64,000 bases of DNA, taken from the IMG/VR virus record IMGVR_UViG_3300045988_108826. The stretch is one strand, 5' to 3'. The position numbers and the translations under genes are program-made. Positions 1-8,514 of the stretch are shown in pieces. Below the pieces are notes generated by a model. That model had not been told where the DNA came from. It saw only the letters and a list, made by a program, of their open reading frames with translations, and did not search any database. Position 1 is the stretch's first letter; each line of letters begins with the position of its first letter. The DNA is from a virus.

Positions 1-489
1 GAAAACACTAAGCATACAATAAAAGAAAAAGGACATCCGATGAAGGGTAGAAAGCATACAGAAGAGAGCATAAATAAAATGCGTAAAAATACCCAAAAAA
101 AGTTCGGTAAAGAAAACCCAAATTATGGATGGAAACCATCAAAGGAATTGATTGATAGGCTTTCTGAATTGTCAAAAATGAGAGTTGGAAATAAGAACCC
201 GTTTTTTGGTAAGCACCATACCGAGGAAAATAAACAAAAATATCGAAATTTGTTTGGAAAGAAAGTTGTTCAAATAGATAAATTCACAGATAAGGTAATA
301 TCAATTTATGATTCAGCAAATGAAGCCGCTATTTCTGTATGTGGTAATATAAAAGCTGCGTCAGACATAGGAAAGTGCTGCAATGGATACATAAATAAAA
401 AAGGCGTAAAAATAAAAACAGCTCATGGGTATAAATGGCAATGGTATCAACAATTCGAAGAAAAGGTTCATCGACTATCGAAAGCATAG
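1..489 (+). CDS. Homing endonuclease, C-terminal part (I-TevI/Seg-like linker and DNA-binding domains); N-terminus lies outside the window
   Basis: The frame is open from nt 1 (ENTKHTIKEKGHP precedes the tracked Met). It has NUMOD3-type repeats (GRKHTEESINKM, GWKPSKELIDRL, GKHHTEENKQKY) and an IENR1/NUMOD1-like tail ending AHGYKWQW. Confidence 0.8.
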   Translation, partial: ENTKHTIKEKGHPMKGRKHTEESINKMRKNTQKKFGKENPNYGWKPSKELIDRLSELSKMRVGNKNPFFGKHHTEENKQKYRNLFGKKVVQIDKFTDKVISIYDSANEAAISVCGNIKAASDIGKCCNGYINKKGVKIKTAHGYKWQWYQQFEEKVHRLSKA

Positions 490-632
490 GTTAATCCGAA
501 TAAGCGAGTAGAGTACATTCAAGTGAATGGAAATGGGGAGCACCAAAAAGGTGAAGATATAGTCAAATCTGTATAGAAATATACAGCTGCTTTTAGGCGG
601 GTTAGAATTAACGAATCTAACTGAATATTATG
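1..632 (+). mobile_element. Group I intron (3' part; 5' part lies outside the window) carrying a homing-endonuclease ORF
   Basis: The S-element AAGATATAGTC (554-564) pairs with GACTAT (473-478) to form P7. Hairpins follow at 569-586 and 602-620. The terminal CTGAATATTATG (621-632) parallels the T4 td intron 3' end as I recall it. Confidence 0.65.
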
Positions 633-1064
633 GCTGCTGCTGGTATTGCTTCTTTCTTGGGTATCAACGGTGGTAATATCTTAGGTCGCAGCGGTTGGGG
701 ATGTAACGGTGAAGGTTGTTGCTCTGACAACACAATGGTAAACCGTTACGAACTGAACATGGCACGTGAAGCAGATTCTCTGAAATCAGAAAATGCTTTG
801 CTGCGTTCTCAGGTTTACGTTGACCAAAAGCTGGTTGATGTTGTGAACGACTACACATCTAAGATTAACGCTTTGGGTGTAGAAGTACGTGCCAACAAGG
901 ATGCTCAGACTGCCGTTAACTTGCAGCAAACAGCTTTGAACGCTACTCAGACCGCTACAATTAGCGCAATGAGTGCTCAGATTGCTCAGTTGCAGTCTTT
1001 GTCACAGTTTATTGTACCAAGCAATAAGGTTTGCGACACTTGCTGCTGCGGTTGTGCTCAGTAA
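633..1064 (+). CDS. Predicted 3' exon: Gly-rich N-terminus, coiled coil, C-terminal Cys cluster (tracked as 630..1064)
   Basis: The frame continues in phase after the predicted omega-G at 632. A 60-nt line counted here (661-720) is 48% G+C, and codon use looks like a highly expressed gene. Motifs GCNGEGCC and CDTCCCGC are present. Confidence 0.6.
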   Translation, partial: AAAGIASFLGINGGNILGRSGWGCNGEGCCSDNTMVNRYELNMAREADSLKSENALLRSQVYVDQKLVDVVNDYTSKINALGVEVRANKDAQTAVNLQQTALNATQTATISAMSAQIAQLQSLSQFIVPSNKVCDTCCCGCAQ

Positions 1065-1073
1065 GGATTTTTT

Positions 1074-1100
1074 GGGGCGGTGAAATATCTGCCCCTTAAA
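1074..1100 (+). terminator. Intrinsic terminator
   Basis: Hairpin GGGGCGG-tgaaatat-CTGCCCC, followed by a T-rich run. Confidence 0.55.
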
Positions 1101-1120
1101 CTTTTAAAACACTTTTATAT

Positions 1121-1576
1121 ATGCAATATACAAATTCACAGATTTTAGCAGCAGTATTAAACAAGTGGCTACAGCCAGTGGTGTTACAACTATCTCAGGC
1201 TAAGATGGCTTCTTTCCCTTTTGTTCAGGCAATAGAAAACAAGGTTAAATCCATAGGTTTCGTAAGTCCGAACTGGTCATTGACTCAGGAATTATCTCCA
1301 ATGATTGAACCTATTACAAACAGCATCGTACAGCCTATGCTGAACAAGTACCTGTCAAATGTTCCTGATGAAGCCATTCCTGCTATGGCACACGGAATTA
1401 TAGACAAGGCTTTGGCTAACGGGAAATTGGAACTTATGGAAGGTAAGTTGATATTTGACAAGGATGATTTGACTGAATTAAAGAAGCTGCTTGACTACAA
1501 CCTTCCTTTGGGACAGACGGAGGGATATAGTGTCCGTACTGCTCCCTCCGAAACAAGTACAGAAAAAGTATTATAA
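1121..1576 (+). CDS. Hypothetical protein (possible virion protein)
   Basis: A 151-aa ORF in the GC-richer block, with no competing frame. Confidence 0.7.
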   Translation: MQYTNSQILAAVLNKWLQPVVLQLSQAKMASFPFVQAIENKVKSIGFVSPNWSLTQELSPMIEPITNSIVQPMLNKYLSNVPDEAIPAMAHGIIDKALANGKLELMEGKLIFDKDDLTELKKLLDYNLPLGQTEGYSVRTAPSETSTEKVL

Positions 1577-1644
1577 GATATAATCGAGCCAACGCCCTCG
1601 GCACGATTGTAGAATATTAATAGGGGGCTAATTTTTGTATAACT

Positions 1645-2076
1645 ATGAATTGCAACATGATTCAACCTGCGGTAATTACCGCTACGCTTGCGGCTGGCTC
1701 TACTACATCGCCTTACTATGCACAAGTAAACATCTCACAGCGTTTGTGCTACAAGACATGTGCTGATGTAACTCCAGTATTCAATCCTCAGTTCTCGGTG
1801 GTTTCTTTGGATTCGGTAGGCACTAATCAGTATGTAGCTACTATCCATGTAGAAGGTATCATTTCTTATGTACCTTGTGGCGGTGGATGCTGCACTAAGC
1901 AACAGCCGTTATCGCAGAACTTCACAATTCCTATCTACTCTACAACCGCACTGACAGGCGCAACCGTAGCAGCAGGTAGCGTGGTAAATTCTGTAGCTGC
2001 TTCTGCTTGTCAGAATTGTAGCCGTGCATTTGTCAGCGAAACACCGCTTACAATCACAACAGCCACAGCAGGATAA
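1645..2076 (+). CDS. Hypothetical Thr/Ala/Ser-rich protein with Cys clusters (CGGGCC)
   Basis: A 143-aa ORF with the same composition as its neighbours. Confidence 0.7.
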   Translation: MNCNMIQPAVITATLAAGSTTSPYYAQVNISQRLCYKTCADVTPVFNPQFSVVSLDSVGTNQYVATIHVEGIISYVPCGGGCCTKQQPLSQNFTIPIYSTTALTGATVAAGSVVNSVAASACQNCSRAFVSETPLTITTATAG

Positions 2077-2354
2077 TGGGGTGGTTATTGATTGCTCTAA
2101 TCTGTATGGTGGTGGGTGTGACAGCCCATCACCTCGGATTGACGGAAGAAGCGGCAAAGATGGCGAGCAAGATAGCGAAGTGTCCTAAATGCTGTTCGTT
2201 TTGGCTCTCTCTGCTTGTACTATTATACATTGGCTGCAACCCGTTTGTTTCTGTTGCACTTTCTTTGTTTGTCGCTTATCTTTCTTATTATTTCGGATTG
2301 ATATTGATTCTATTACAAAAACTATATAATTGGTTATGGCAAAAAGTAAATTGA
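2076..2354 (+). CDS. Small membrane protein (2-3 TM segments, CPKCC motif)
   Basis: Hydrophobic segments are present, and the start overlaps the upstream stop (ATAATG). Confidence 0.7.
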   Translation: MGWLLIALICMVVGVTAHHLGLTEEAAKMASKIAKCPKCCSFWLSLLVLLYIGCNPFVSVALSLFVAYLSYYFGLILILLQKLYNWLWQKVN

Positions 2355-2486
2355 AAACAGAAACAGAAGCAAATGTTTCGACAGAAAACGTAAAGCAGGT
2401 GTTTGTACCTATAAACAAGAAATACAAGCCTGTTCCTAAGTTTAACGGGAAATGCCCTAATTGTTAAAAACTAAAACTTATATATT

Positions 2487-3035
2487 ATGATGACAAAAGA
2501 ACAAATGATGGATGAATATGAAATGTATTCTCACAAAATAGTAAAATCTAAGGATGTAAAACACATGGAAGTTCTAGCTGAGGTTTGCGAATGGCTTTTC
2601 TGTCAAGTTGCTACTAAAATGCCTGATGTAGCTGAAAGCGCACTCGCCCGTTTAGCTGCAACAGAATGGAATAATTACCTATCTCCAACCGAAGCCAAAA
2701 ACATCGGCATGAGAATCGTAAATCAGGACGGTATAAAAGGCTTTCATTGGACTTATGACGTGTTTACAAAGGCAGTGGAAAGTCTTGGAGGTGTTGTAGA
2801 AGAAAAGCCTTACTACAACTCATACGCATTATATGTGACTGCGTGCACAATCTATTCAGACCACGCTTTGAGCATTGCTATGGATTTGGGATATAAAGAG
2901 CCGAAAGAAGTGCCTAACGAGAAAATGGCTTTGTCATGCTATCGAAAGGCAGTTGAGAAACTGAAAGACATTGACGGTGGGTTTCAAGTCAGAAAATATT
3001 TCAAAGGAAAGATGTACGCAGATTCACCAATGTGA
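2487..3035 (+). CDS. Hypothetical protein
   Basis: A 182-aa ORF. Confidence 0.7.
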   Translation: MMTKEQMMDEYEMYSHKIVKSKDVKHMEVLAEVCEWLFCQVATKMPDVAESALARLAATEWNNYLSPTEAKNIGMRIVNQDGIKGFHWTYDVFTKAVESLGGVVEEKPYYNSYALYVTACTIYSDHALSIAMDLGYKEPKEVPNEKMALSCYRKAVEKLKDIDGGFQVRKYFKGKMYADSPM

Positions 3036-3130
3036 TTTGAAGCGTATAGAAGATAAGTTAGACTTGATACTTGACAAACTTAACAGTATGAATGGAATAA
3101 AAGGCTTCGGAGTAAACGTATTGGCTAACA

Positions 3131-3337
3131 TTGTCGGAAATAGAATTGACGGACGATAAAAAGGTTATTATTATGTGCAACAATACATCATGCCCTGTAT
3201 ATCGTGAAGAACACGATGAAAGGCTAAACATAGAGGAACGTATCAGAGAACTTTTAGGTGAACTTACAAGAGAGCTACCTATACAAGAGTTCATAATGAT
3301 TAAGAAAGAAATTGAATACTACATTGACAAGTTATAA
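3131..3337 (+). CDS. Small hypothetical protein (ATG start more likely at 3173)
   Basis: The tracked start is TTG. The internal start MCNNTSCPVY... gives 54 aa. Confidence 0.5.
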   Translation: MSEIELTDDKKVIIMCNNTSCPVYREEHDERLNIEERIRELLGELTRELPIQEFIMIKKEIEYYIDKL

Positions 3338-3343
3338 ATAGAA

Positions 3344-3369
3344 AAGGCTACCCGATTGAGAGTAGCCTT
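3344..3369. terminator. Bidirectional hairpin between convergent blocks
   Basis: Hairpin AAGGCTAC-ccgattgaga-GTAGCCTT. Confidence 0.6.
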
Positions 3370-3387
3370 ACTTGTGTTAGTTATGGG

Positions 3388-3600
3388 TTATAATTTAAGA
3401 ATATTCTTAAATGCCCTTGCTGATTTTTTGTTTTGTACAATCAGACTTTCCAGCTTTGAATTTTCTTCGTTAAGGCGGCTTATGGTCTGTGTATTATCGT
3501 TGATTTTATCATTAATATCCTTGTTTAAAGTTTCCAAATCTTCTTTTGCTTTTTGAAATACGCTAAGGATATTGCTTCTTCTTTCTTCAAAATTGCTCAT
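3388..3600 (-). CDS. Small coiled-coil protein
   Basis: A 70-aa ORF that overlaps the upstream gene end. Confidence 0.6.
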   Translation of the reverse strand: MSNFEERRSNILSVFQKAKEDLETLNKDINDKINDNTQTISRLNEENSKLESLIVQNKKSARAFKNILKL

Positions 3601-4051
3601 GGTTTTTTATTTTATAGTTATGCGTTTCGTAAGTAATTGTAATTTCTTCACCTCTTTGGTTTGCAGGAATAAGATACTTTTCCATTAAGCTCATAAACGT
3701 TTGAGTTGAATTAGTAACTTGTCCTTTAACCTTATTTTGACCAACGAGCAAACAACCGCTTGTGTCCTCTGCTGTGTTTCCGACATGAATCAAAACGCCT
3801 TCATAATTAGGCACATCAATCAATCGTGGCAGCTTACCACCATAAGGTTTAGCCCAACTTCTATCCTTAAACTTTGGAGAAACGACATCCATTGTGATTT
3901 TATATGTCCCGCAAGGAATAGCCGTTTTGCCATAAATCTTAGTTTCTCTTACTGCATCTTCCAAAGTGTCACACACGTATTCACCGTTTACATATAAACG
4001 ACCAATAGTGTAATCACTTTTTAACGCTACTCTTTTTACTTTTAATTCCAT
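3587..4051 (-). CDS. DUF5675-like protein
   Basis: Motifs TIGRLYVNGEYVCDTLED, AIPCGTYKI and GVLIHVGNTAEDTSGCLLVG match my memory of DUF5675. Confidence 0.55.
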   Translation of the reverse strand: MELKVKRVALKSDYTIGRLYVNGEYVCDTLEDAVRETKIYGKTAIPCGTYKITMDVVSPKFKDRSWAKPYGGKLPRLIDVPNYEGVLIHVGNTAEDTSGCLLVGQNKVKGQVTNSTQTFMSLMEKYLIPANQRGEEITITYETHNYKIKNHEQF

Positions 4052-4064
4052 ATCTGTTTAATGA

Positions 4065-4589
4065 TTATTTACCTGTACTTCCATAACCACCTTCACCACG
4101 TTCTGTTTCTGACAATTCATCTACTTCTTCAAATTCGATTCTTGGGTAAGGCAATATTATCATTTGTGCTATACGCTCTCCAACTTCATAAAGCAATGGG
4201 TTTGGCGCATCTTTTCTATTTTCCCCCGAAAGGCATACAAAATCATAGTTATCTCTCACTCTTCCTATGCCATTTTCTTCCGTATCGTACTCAAAATCAC
4301 AGAAGCAAGCGGTAGGTTTGAATTTAGCTGTTACTTCCCCCCTAAAACCACTATCCAGCACACCGACTGCATTTGTCAAAGATAAATCTTTTTTACATAT
4401 ACTGCTTCTTGGAAAAATAAGACCTACATACCCTTCAGGAATTTCAAAAGCTAAACCAGTGTGATACACAATGTTCCCATATTCATCGTATTCGCATGAC
4501 ACCGCAGTTAAATCTAGTCCAGCATCTCCTTGCTTTGCATATTTAGGGATAACTGCATCTTTATGTAGTTTCTTAATATTTACTTTCAT
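4065..4589 (-). CDS. dut: dUTP diphosphatase (trimeric type) with a large internal insertion
   Basis: Motifs AGLDL, PRSS, GVLDSGFRGEV, GERIAQ and RGEGGYGSTG are present. Confidence 0.9.
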   Translation of the reverse strand: MKVNIKKLHKDAVIPKYAKQGDAGLDLTAVSCEYDEYGNIVYHTGLAFEIPEGYVGLIFPRSSICKKDLSLTNAVGVLDSGFRGEVTAKFKPTACFCDFEYDTEENGIGRVRDNYDFVCLSGENRKDAPNPLLYEVGERIAQMIILPYPRIEFEEVDELSETERGEGGYGSTGK

Positions 4590-4852
4590 TTCAATTCCTC
4601 CTTCAATTCGTTAGCTGTTCTTATTCCTGCAATACGTTTGATTACTCTGTTTTTCTCAACAACAAGGATAGTAGGCACGTTTCTTACCTGATATTTGCTT
4701 GACATATCTACTCCCCAATCGGATTCACAGTCCACATCAGTAAACTTCATGTTTTCAGACTTCATTTCCTTTGCTACTTCACCGAACACCTGTGCCATCT
4801 TAGGGCAGCTTTTACACCAATAGGCGTGGAAGAACATAACTTCTTTTTTCAT
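4586..4852 (-). CDS. Thioredoxin-like protein
   Basis: Contains a WCKSC (CxxC) active site in an 88-aa thioredoxin-sized protein. Confidence 0.8.
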   Translation of the reverse strand: MKKEVMFFHAYWCKSCPKMAQVFGEVAKEMKSENMKFTDVDCESDWGVDMSSKYQVRNVPTILVVEKNRVIKRIAGIRTANELKEELK

Positions 4853-4863
4853 CTTTTGTAAAT

Positions 4864-5715
4864 TTATTGTTTATAAAAATCCTTTGCCTTAAACAAGGCA
4901 TTGTTAATTATATCTCTGTTTGTTAAAGTCTTGTCAAGGTCACGATATGCTTTCATTACATTGTCGCATTTGTTCAGGTCAAGTTTGCCGCATTTTCTTG
5001 AAACCCAATTACTGAAATTCTCTGCCACACGAAGCATATCAAGCATCTTATACTGACGCAAATGTACGGAATCTTTTTTGAATTTCAAACATTCCTGCAC
5101 TCTATTTTCTACGTTTTTAACAGAATACCCTACTATCGTCCGTACTATCTCGGCTAAAGCTATAAAGTATGAATTTTCTGCACCTATACTGTCTAAAGCT
5201 GACTTCATTTCGTTTATGAACGTATCAAGTTTAGGCTGCACGCTTTCATCCATGTATGAGTTATATTCTGCCAAAAAATCCATATTTTCAGGAAGAATAC
5301 CTGATATAAGACTTTCGTACAGTTTTTGTCTTTTCTCCAAAGCACCGAATATCTTCTGTGTTTCCTTGTCCTGATTCTTGATAAAGTCTTTCATCTGTAT
5401 GATACATGCACAAGCTAGGTCGTTTACATACATGATGTTGTAGATAGAAGTAGTGACTACATAGTTTCCGTCTATCGGGCGTACTTTATAAAACTCACAC
5501 TTGCGGAAAGTGTCTACATAGTGGAATTTTACTTCGGGTGTATCTGCTGACTTCGATTTATAGCTGTTGTATTTAAAGCAATTTTCGCAGTTCTTGCACT
5601 GCTCGTATGTTTTACTTGATTTCTTGTAAAACTGTCCGCTACACACGCTTCTGACATCTAAATTAGCTTCTCTGTAAACGGCTTCCTTTGCTTCTCTTTG
5701 TTTTTCGTTGCTCAT
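4864..5715 (-). CDS. Hypothetical protein
   Basis: A 283-aa ORF with N-terminal CKNCENC. Confidence 0.7.
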   Translation of the reverse strand: MSNEKQREAKEAVYREANLDVRSVCSGQFYKKSSKTYEQCKNCENCFKYNSYKSKSADTPEVKFHYVDTFRKCEFYKVRPIDGNYVVTTSIYNIMYVNDLACACIIQMKDFIKNQDKETQKIFGALEKRQKLYESLISGILPENMDFLAEYNSYMDESVQPKLDTFINEMKSALDSIGAENSYFIALAEIVRTIVGYSVKNVENRVQECLKFKKDSVHLRQYKMLDMLRVAENFSNWVSRKCGKLDLNKCDNVMKAYRDLDKTLTNRDIINNALFKAKDFYKQ

Positions 5716-6170
5716 AACTCTTTTATTTCTAAATCAGACTTTGTGATTAATCTTATCCCGTTCTGTAATTCGTGGAGGTATTGGAAGTCGAAACCACCGA
5801 TTGATTCATATCTATCGTTATCTATGTGGCAATACCAATCTCTATAAATAGAATTTGTTTCTCCTTTTCTAACAGCTATAAAACAATTATTCACAAATGT
5901 TTCATAATCATCGGCTGGGATATATGCTTCTTTGCATTCTCTTCTAAAGCCTATTTTCTTTAAGAGTTTATCATTTACCTCTATCGGCATCATATCTTTA
6001 TCTTTGCACTCGAATACATCACCCTCATTGCCTTCAAAATCCAAATAACAATAATCCTCACCAATATTTACAACTCTCATTGGGAATTTACTTCTTTCGC
6101 TTTCGTAAACCCAATTCCCTATCATTAAATCTTTATAGTGTATCATAGCTTTATTATTTATCTTCAACAA
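5712..6170 (-). CDS. Hypothetical protein
   Basis: A 152-aa ORF with a 4-nt overlap to its neighbour. Confidence 0.7.
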   Translation of the reverse strand: MLKINNKAMIHYKDLMIGNWVYESERSKFPMRVVNIGEDYCYLDFEGNEGDVFECKDKDMMPIEVNDKLLKKIGFRRECKEAYIPADDYETFVNNCFIAVRKGETNSIYRDWYCHIDNDRYESIGGFDFQYLHELQNGIRLITKSDLEIKEL

Positions 6171-6408
6171 CCATTTCTAAATATTTGGTATCAGACCAAA
6201 CCCATTTGCAGTCCGTATTGTAGATGCTGCATAAATTTGCTCTTATTCTTCTTTTATCATATACCAATCTACGTATGTAGTAACATCTATCCCACTTAGT
6301 GTTGTAAACCATAATGTCAGTAACCAAGAAGTCATGCGGCTCTTCGATGTATTCTTCCCAATCTATTTTCTTGGTTTTATACTTTATTCCGTTGTAAATC
6401 CATTTCAT
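6154..6408 (-). CDS. Hypothetical protein
   Basis: An 84-aa ORF packed into the operon. Confidence 0.6.
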   Translation of the reverse strand: MKWIYNGIKYKTKKIDWEEYIEEPHDFLVTDIMVYNTKWDRCYYIRRLVYDKRRIRANLCSIYNTDCKWVWSDTKYLEMVVEDK

Positions 6409-6818
6409 AATAAAATAAGTTTTAGTGCTTCAAGTATTGCGCAATTGAATGCTTTATCATATTCAGAATCATTCATACCTTGATGATAACTCATTTTTAT
6501 TTTACCTTCCGCATCTCTATATGTTATCACTGGGAAATGTGTTATATATGCGCCATCATTTTCCTTGTATAACCATGTTATAGGACTTGATATAATAGTT
6601 ACATAAATACCATGTTCGTTTCTTAACCATTTGGCAGCTTCGTATAAAGTAGGGCGTGATAATCTACTATTTTTCGGAAAAGTGTTATTATGATTCTCTC
6701 TCCATGCATCATTAAATATTGCCCCATTTATGCCATACCACCCATTACAAGGCTCATTAAACCCTTTTTCTTTCAGCAATTTAGCTACTTCAAGGCTTAC
6801 GTAATCTTCTTTGTTCAT
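6405..6818 (-). CDS. Hypothetical protein
   Basis: A 137-aa ORF, with a TATCTTTG-type box on the minus strand at 6848-6855. Confidence 0.7.
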   Translation of the reverse strand: MNKEDYVSLEVAKLLKEKGFNEPCNGWYGINGAIFNDAWRENHNNTFPKNSRLSRPTLYEAAKWLRNEHGIYVTIISSPITWLYKENDGAYITHFPVITYRDAEGKIKMSYHQGMNDSEYDKAFNCAILEALKLILL

Positions 6819-6884
6819 ATTTTAATTGTTTTATTAGTTTCACACCACAAAGATACGTTATAAGTTTTAAACTTACAACTTTTA

Positions 6885-6916
6885 GATAGAAAATAATCGG
6901 GGAATTTTTACCCCGA
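6885..6916 (-). terminator. Intrinsic terminator after the RuvC-like gene
   Basis: Minus-strand hairpin TCGGGG-taaaaatt-CCCCGA, followed by TTATTTT. Confidence 0.6.
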
Positions 6917-6921
6917 CTATC

Positions 6922-7410
6922 TTATAGATTCTTTCTTCGTGCATATTCAGCTATTAATAAGCCATCTCTATCAGGATGTTTTACTTCTTCAAATTGAGGA
7001 AATAGTCTGTTTCCAATATCCAAAGACGCTTTCTTTAATTCTTCACCACTGCAACCTTTTGGAAGCATTGCTTTCTGCCATTCCTTAGAATCTATGAACA
7101 TGTGCTTTATTCCAAGCATTTCAATGATAACCAATTCAGCTTCAAAACATCTTAATGCACAGAAACTTGAATTTAGCCTCAAATTGTTCACCATTGGACG
7201 CTCCATTACAAGTACAATGTCGTTTTTGTTGTACTCACTGAAAATATCCATAAACTTAGAAGCGTCAAGTCTTGTTATGTTCTTCTTGTTTTTTTGGTAA
7301 TTCTGTTCTTTCTTTACAGGGACTTTAAACGTCTTTGGCTCTATGTTATCTCCGACTATTCCTATTGTTGCAGTAGTCCCGTTGTCTAAACCAACATATA
7401 TTTTACTCAT
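6922..7410 (-). CDS. RuvC-like Holliday junction resolvase
   Basis: MSKIYVGLDNGT (Asp), VMERP (Glu) and DRDGLLIAEYA (Asp) match the RuvC-fold pattern. I use the internal Met as the start. Confidence 0.7.
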   Translation of the reverse strand: MSKIYVGLDNGTTATIGIVGDNIEPKTFKVPVKKEQNYQKNKKNITRLDASKFMDIFSEYNKNDIVLVMERPMVNNLRLNSSFCALRCFEAELVIIEMLGIKHMFIDSKEWQKAMLPKGCSGEELKKASLDIGNRLFPQFEEVKHPDRDGLLIAEYARRKNL

Positions 7411-7795
7411 TCTTATTTTCCTCCTTCCCAACTTTAATATGCAAGAAATCAAGACTTGTCATTTGAGGATATACTCCGTACCACTTTTTCAAGAAAGTCC
7501 AAGCATCAAGGTTATAAAGACACTTTATATCTTCTTCAAGTGATACGATACTTTTACTATCCCATTCGAATACTTTTGCGGTTATATTGTCGGCAAATAA
7601 TAAGTATTTGTCGCCTTTAGACAACACGAATCCGCAGTTGTTCTGTATAGCAAGCAAAGGGACAATTACCTCCTGACTGAATCTGTGTGCTATCTTGTAT
7701 GTATTTTCACTATTATTATCCATAGACATATCTGTTATATCGAAAACTCCCAATCTGTTTAACAATCGGATTGCTTCACCTAGCGTTTGTGCCAT
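7403..7795 (-). CDS. Hypothetical protein
   Basis: A 130-aa ORF. Confidence 0.65.
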   Translation of the reverse strand: MAQTLGEAIRLLNRLGVFDITDMSMDNNSENTYKIAHRFSQEVIVPLLAIQNNCGFVLSKGDKYLLFADNITAKVFEWDSKSIVSLEEDIKCLYNLDAWTFLKKWYGVYPQMTSLDFLHIKVGKEENKNE

Positions 7796-8512
7796 TAGAA
7801 ATCCTCTGAATTAAGTTCAACTTTTACATTTTTATCCGCTATAATCGGTCTTATCCCAACTTCTTCAAATACCATCTTCTGAAATAACTTCTCGTCACTT
7901 TGTCCGTCAGATAAATGCACAAGCATCAAAGTCCTAAGTTCGGGATTCATGTTTCGCTTGATAGCCTCTATTGTCTGATTTATTTCCATGTGAAACTCAT
8001 TGTGAGAACGTATTTCCTGATTCCGACATAGATTGTCTATCATTAAATCCTCGCTGTAATTCCCTTCGATAAGCAAATGATTCAGACCTTTTATCTTATA
8101 AGGAAAGCTGACCGCATCCGTGCAAAAGACTAAACTTCCGAACTCTTTATGAGTAATCAAAAAGGAATAATTCTCACAATTATGATGAACAGGCAAAGCC
8201 ATAACAACAAAAACACCAATCTTGTACTGAACTTTTGGCTTCAATACTTTTACTCCTTGATATTTGTCGGCTACTTCTTGGTTTGAGTAAACTGGTATTT
8301 GTGATTTTAGTGCGTTGGGGATGTATTTGGAATGGTCTTGGTGGCTAACAATGGGTGACTAAACAGCCACCCACATTCTCTATTTTATAGTCCAACATTT
8401 CCAATACCTCATTCCACTTGCAACCTAATTCTAATATAAGACTTTCTTTCTCGGTTTGAAGTAAATAGCAGTTTCCTTTGCTACCACTACCCACTACTTT
8501 TAGGGTTGCCAT
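7795..8512 (-). pseudogene. Metallo-beta-lactamase-fold hydrolase gene broken by a 4-nt insertion in the HxHxDH motif
   Basis: From the ATG at 8512 the frame reads MATLKVVGSGSKGNCYLL...GGCLVTHC and hits TAG at 8345-8347. The +1 frame continues IVSHQDHSKYIP... into the tracked ORF 7795..8244. Removing TGTT restores THSHQDH. Confidence 0.7.
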
Positions 8513-8514
8513 AA

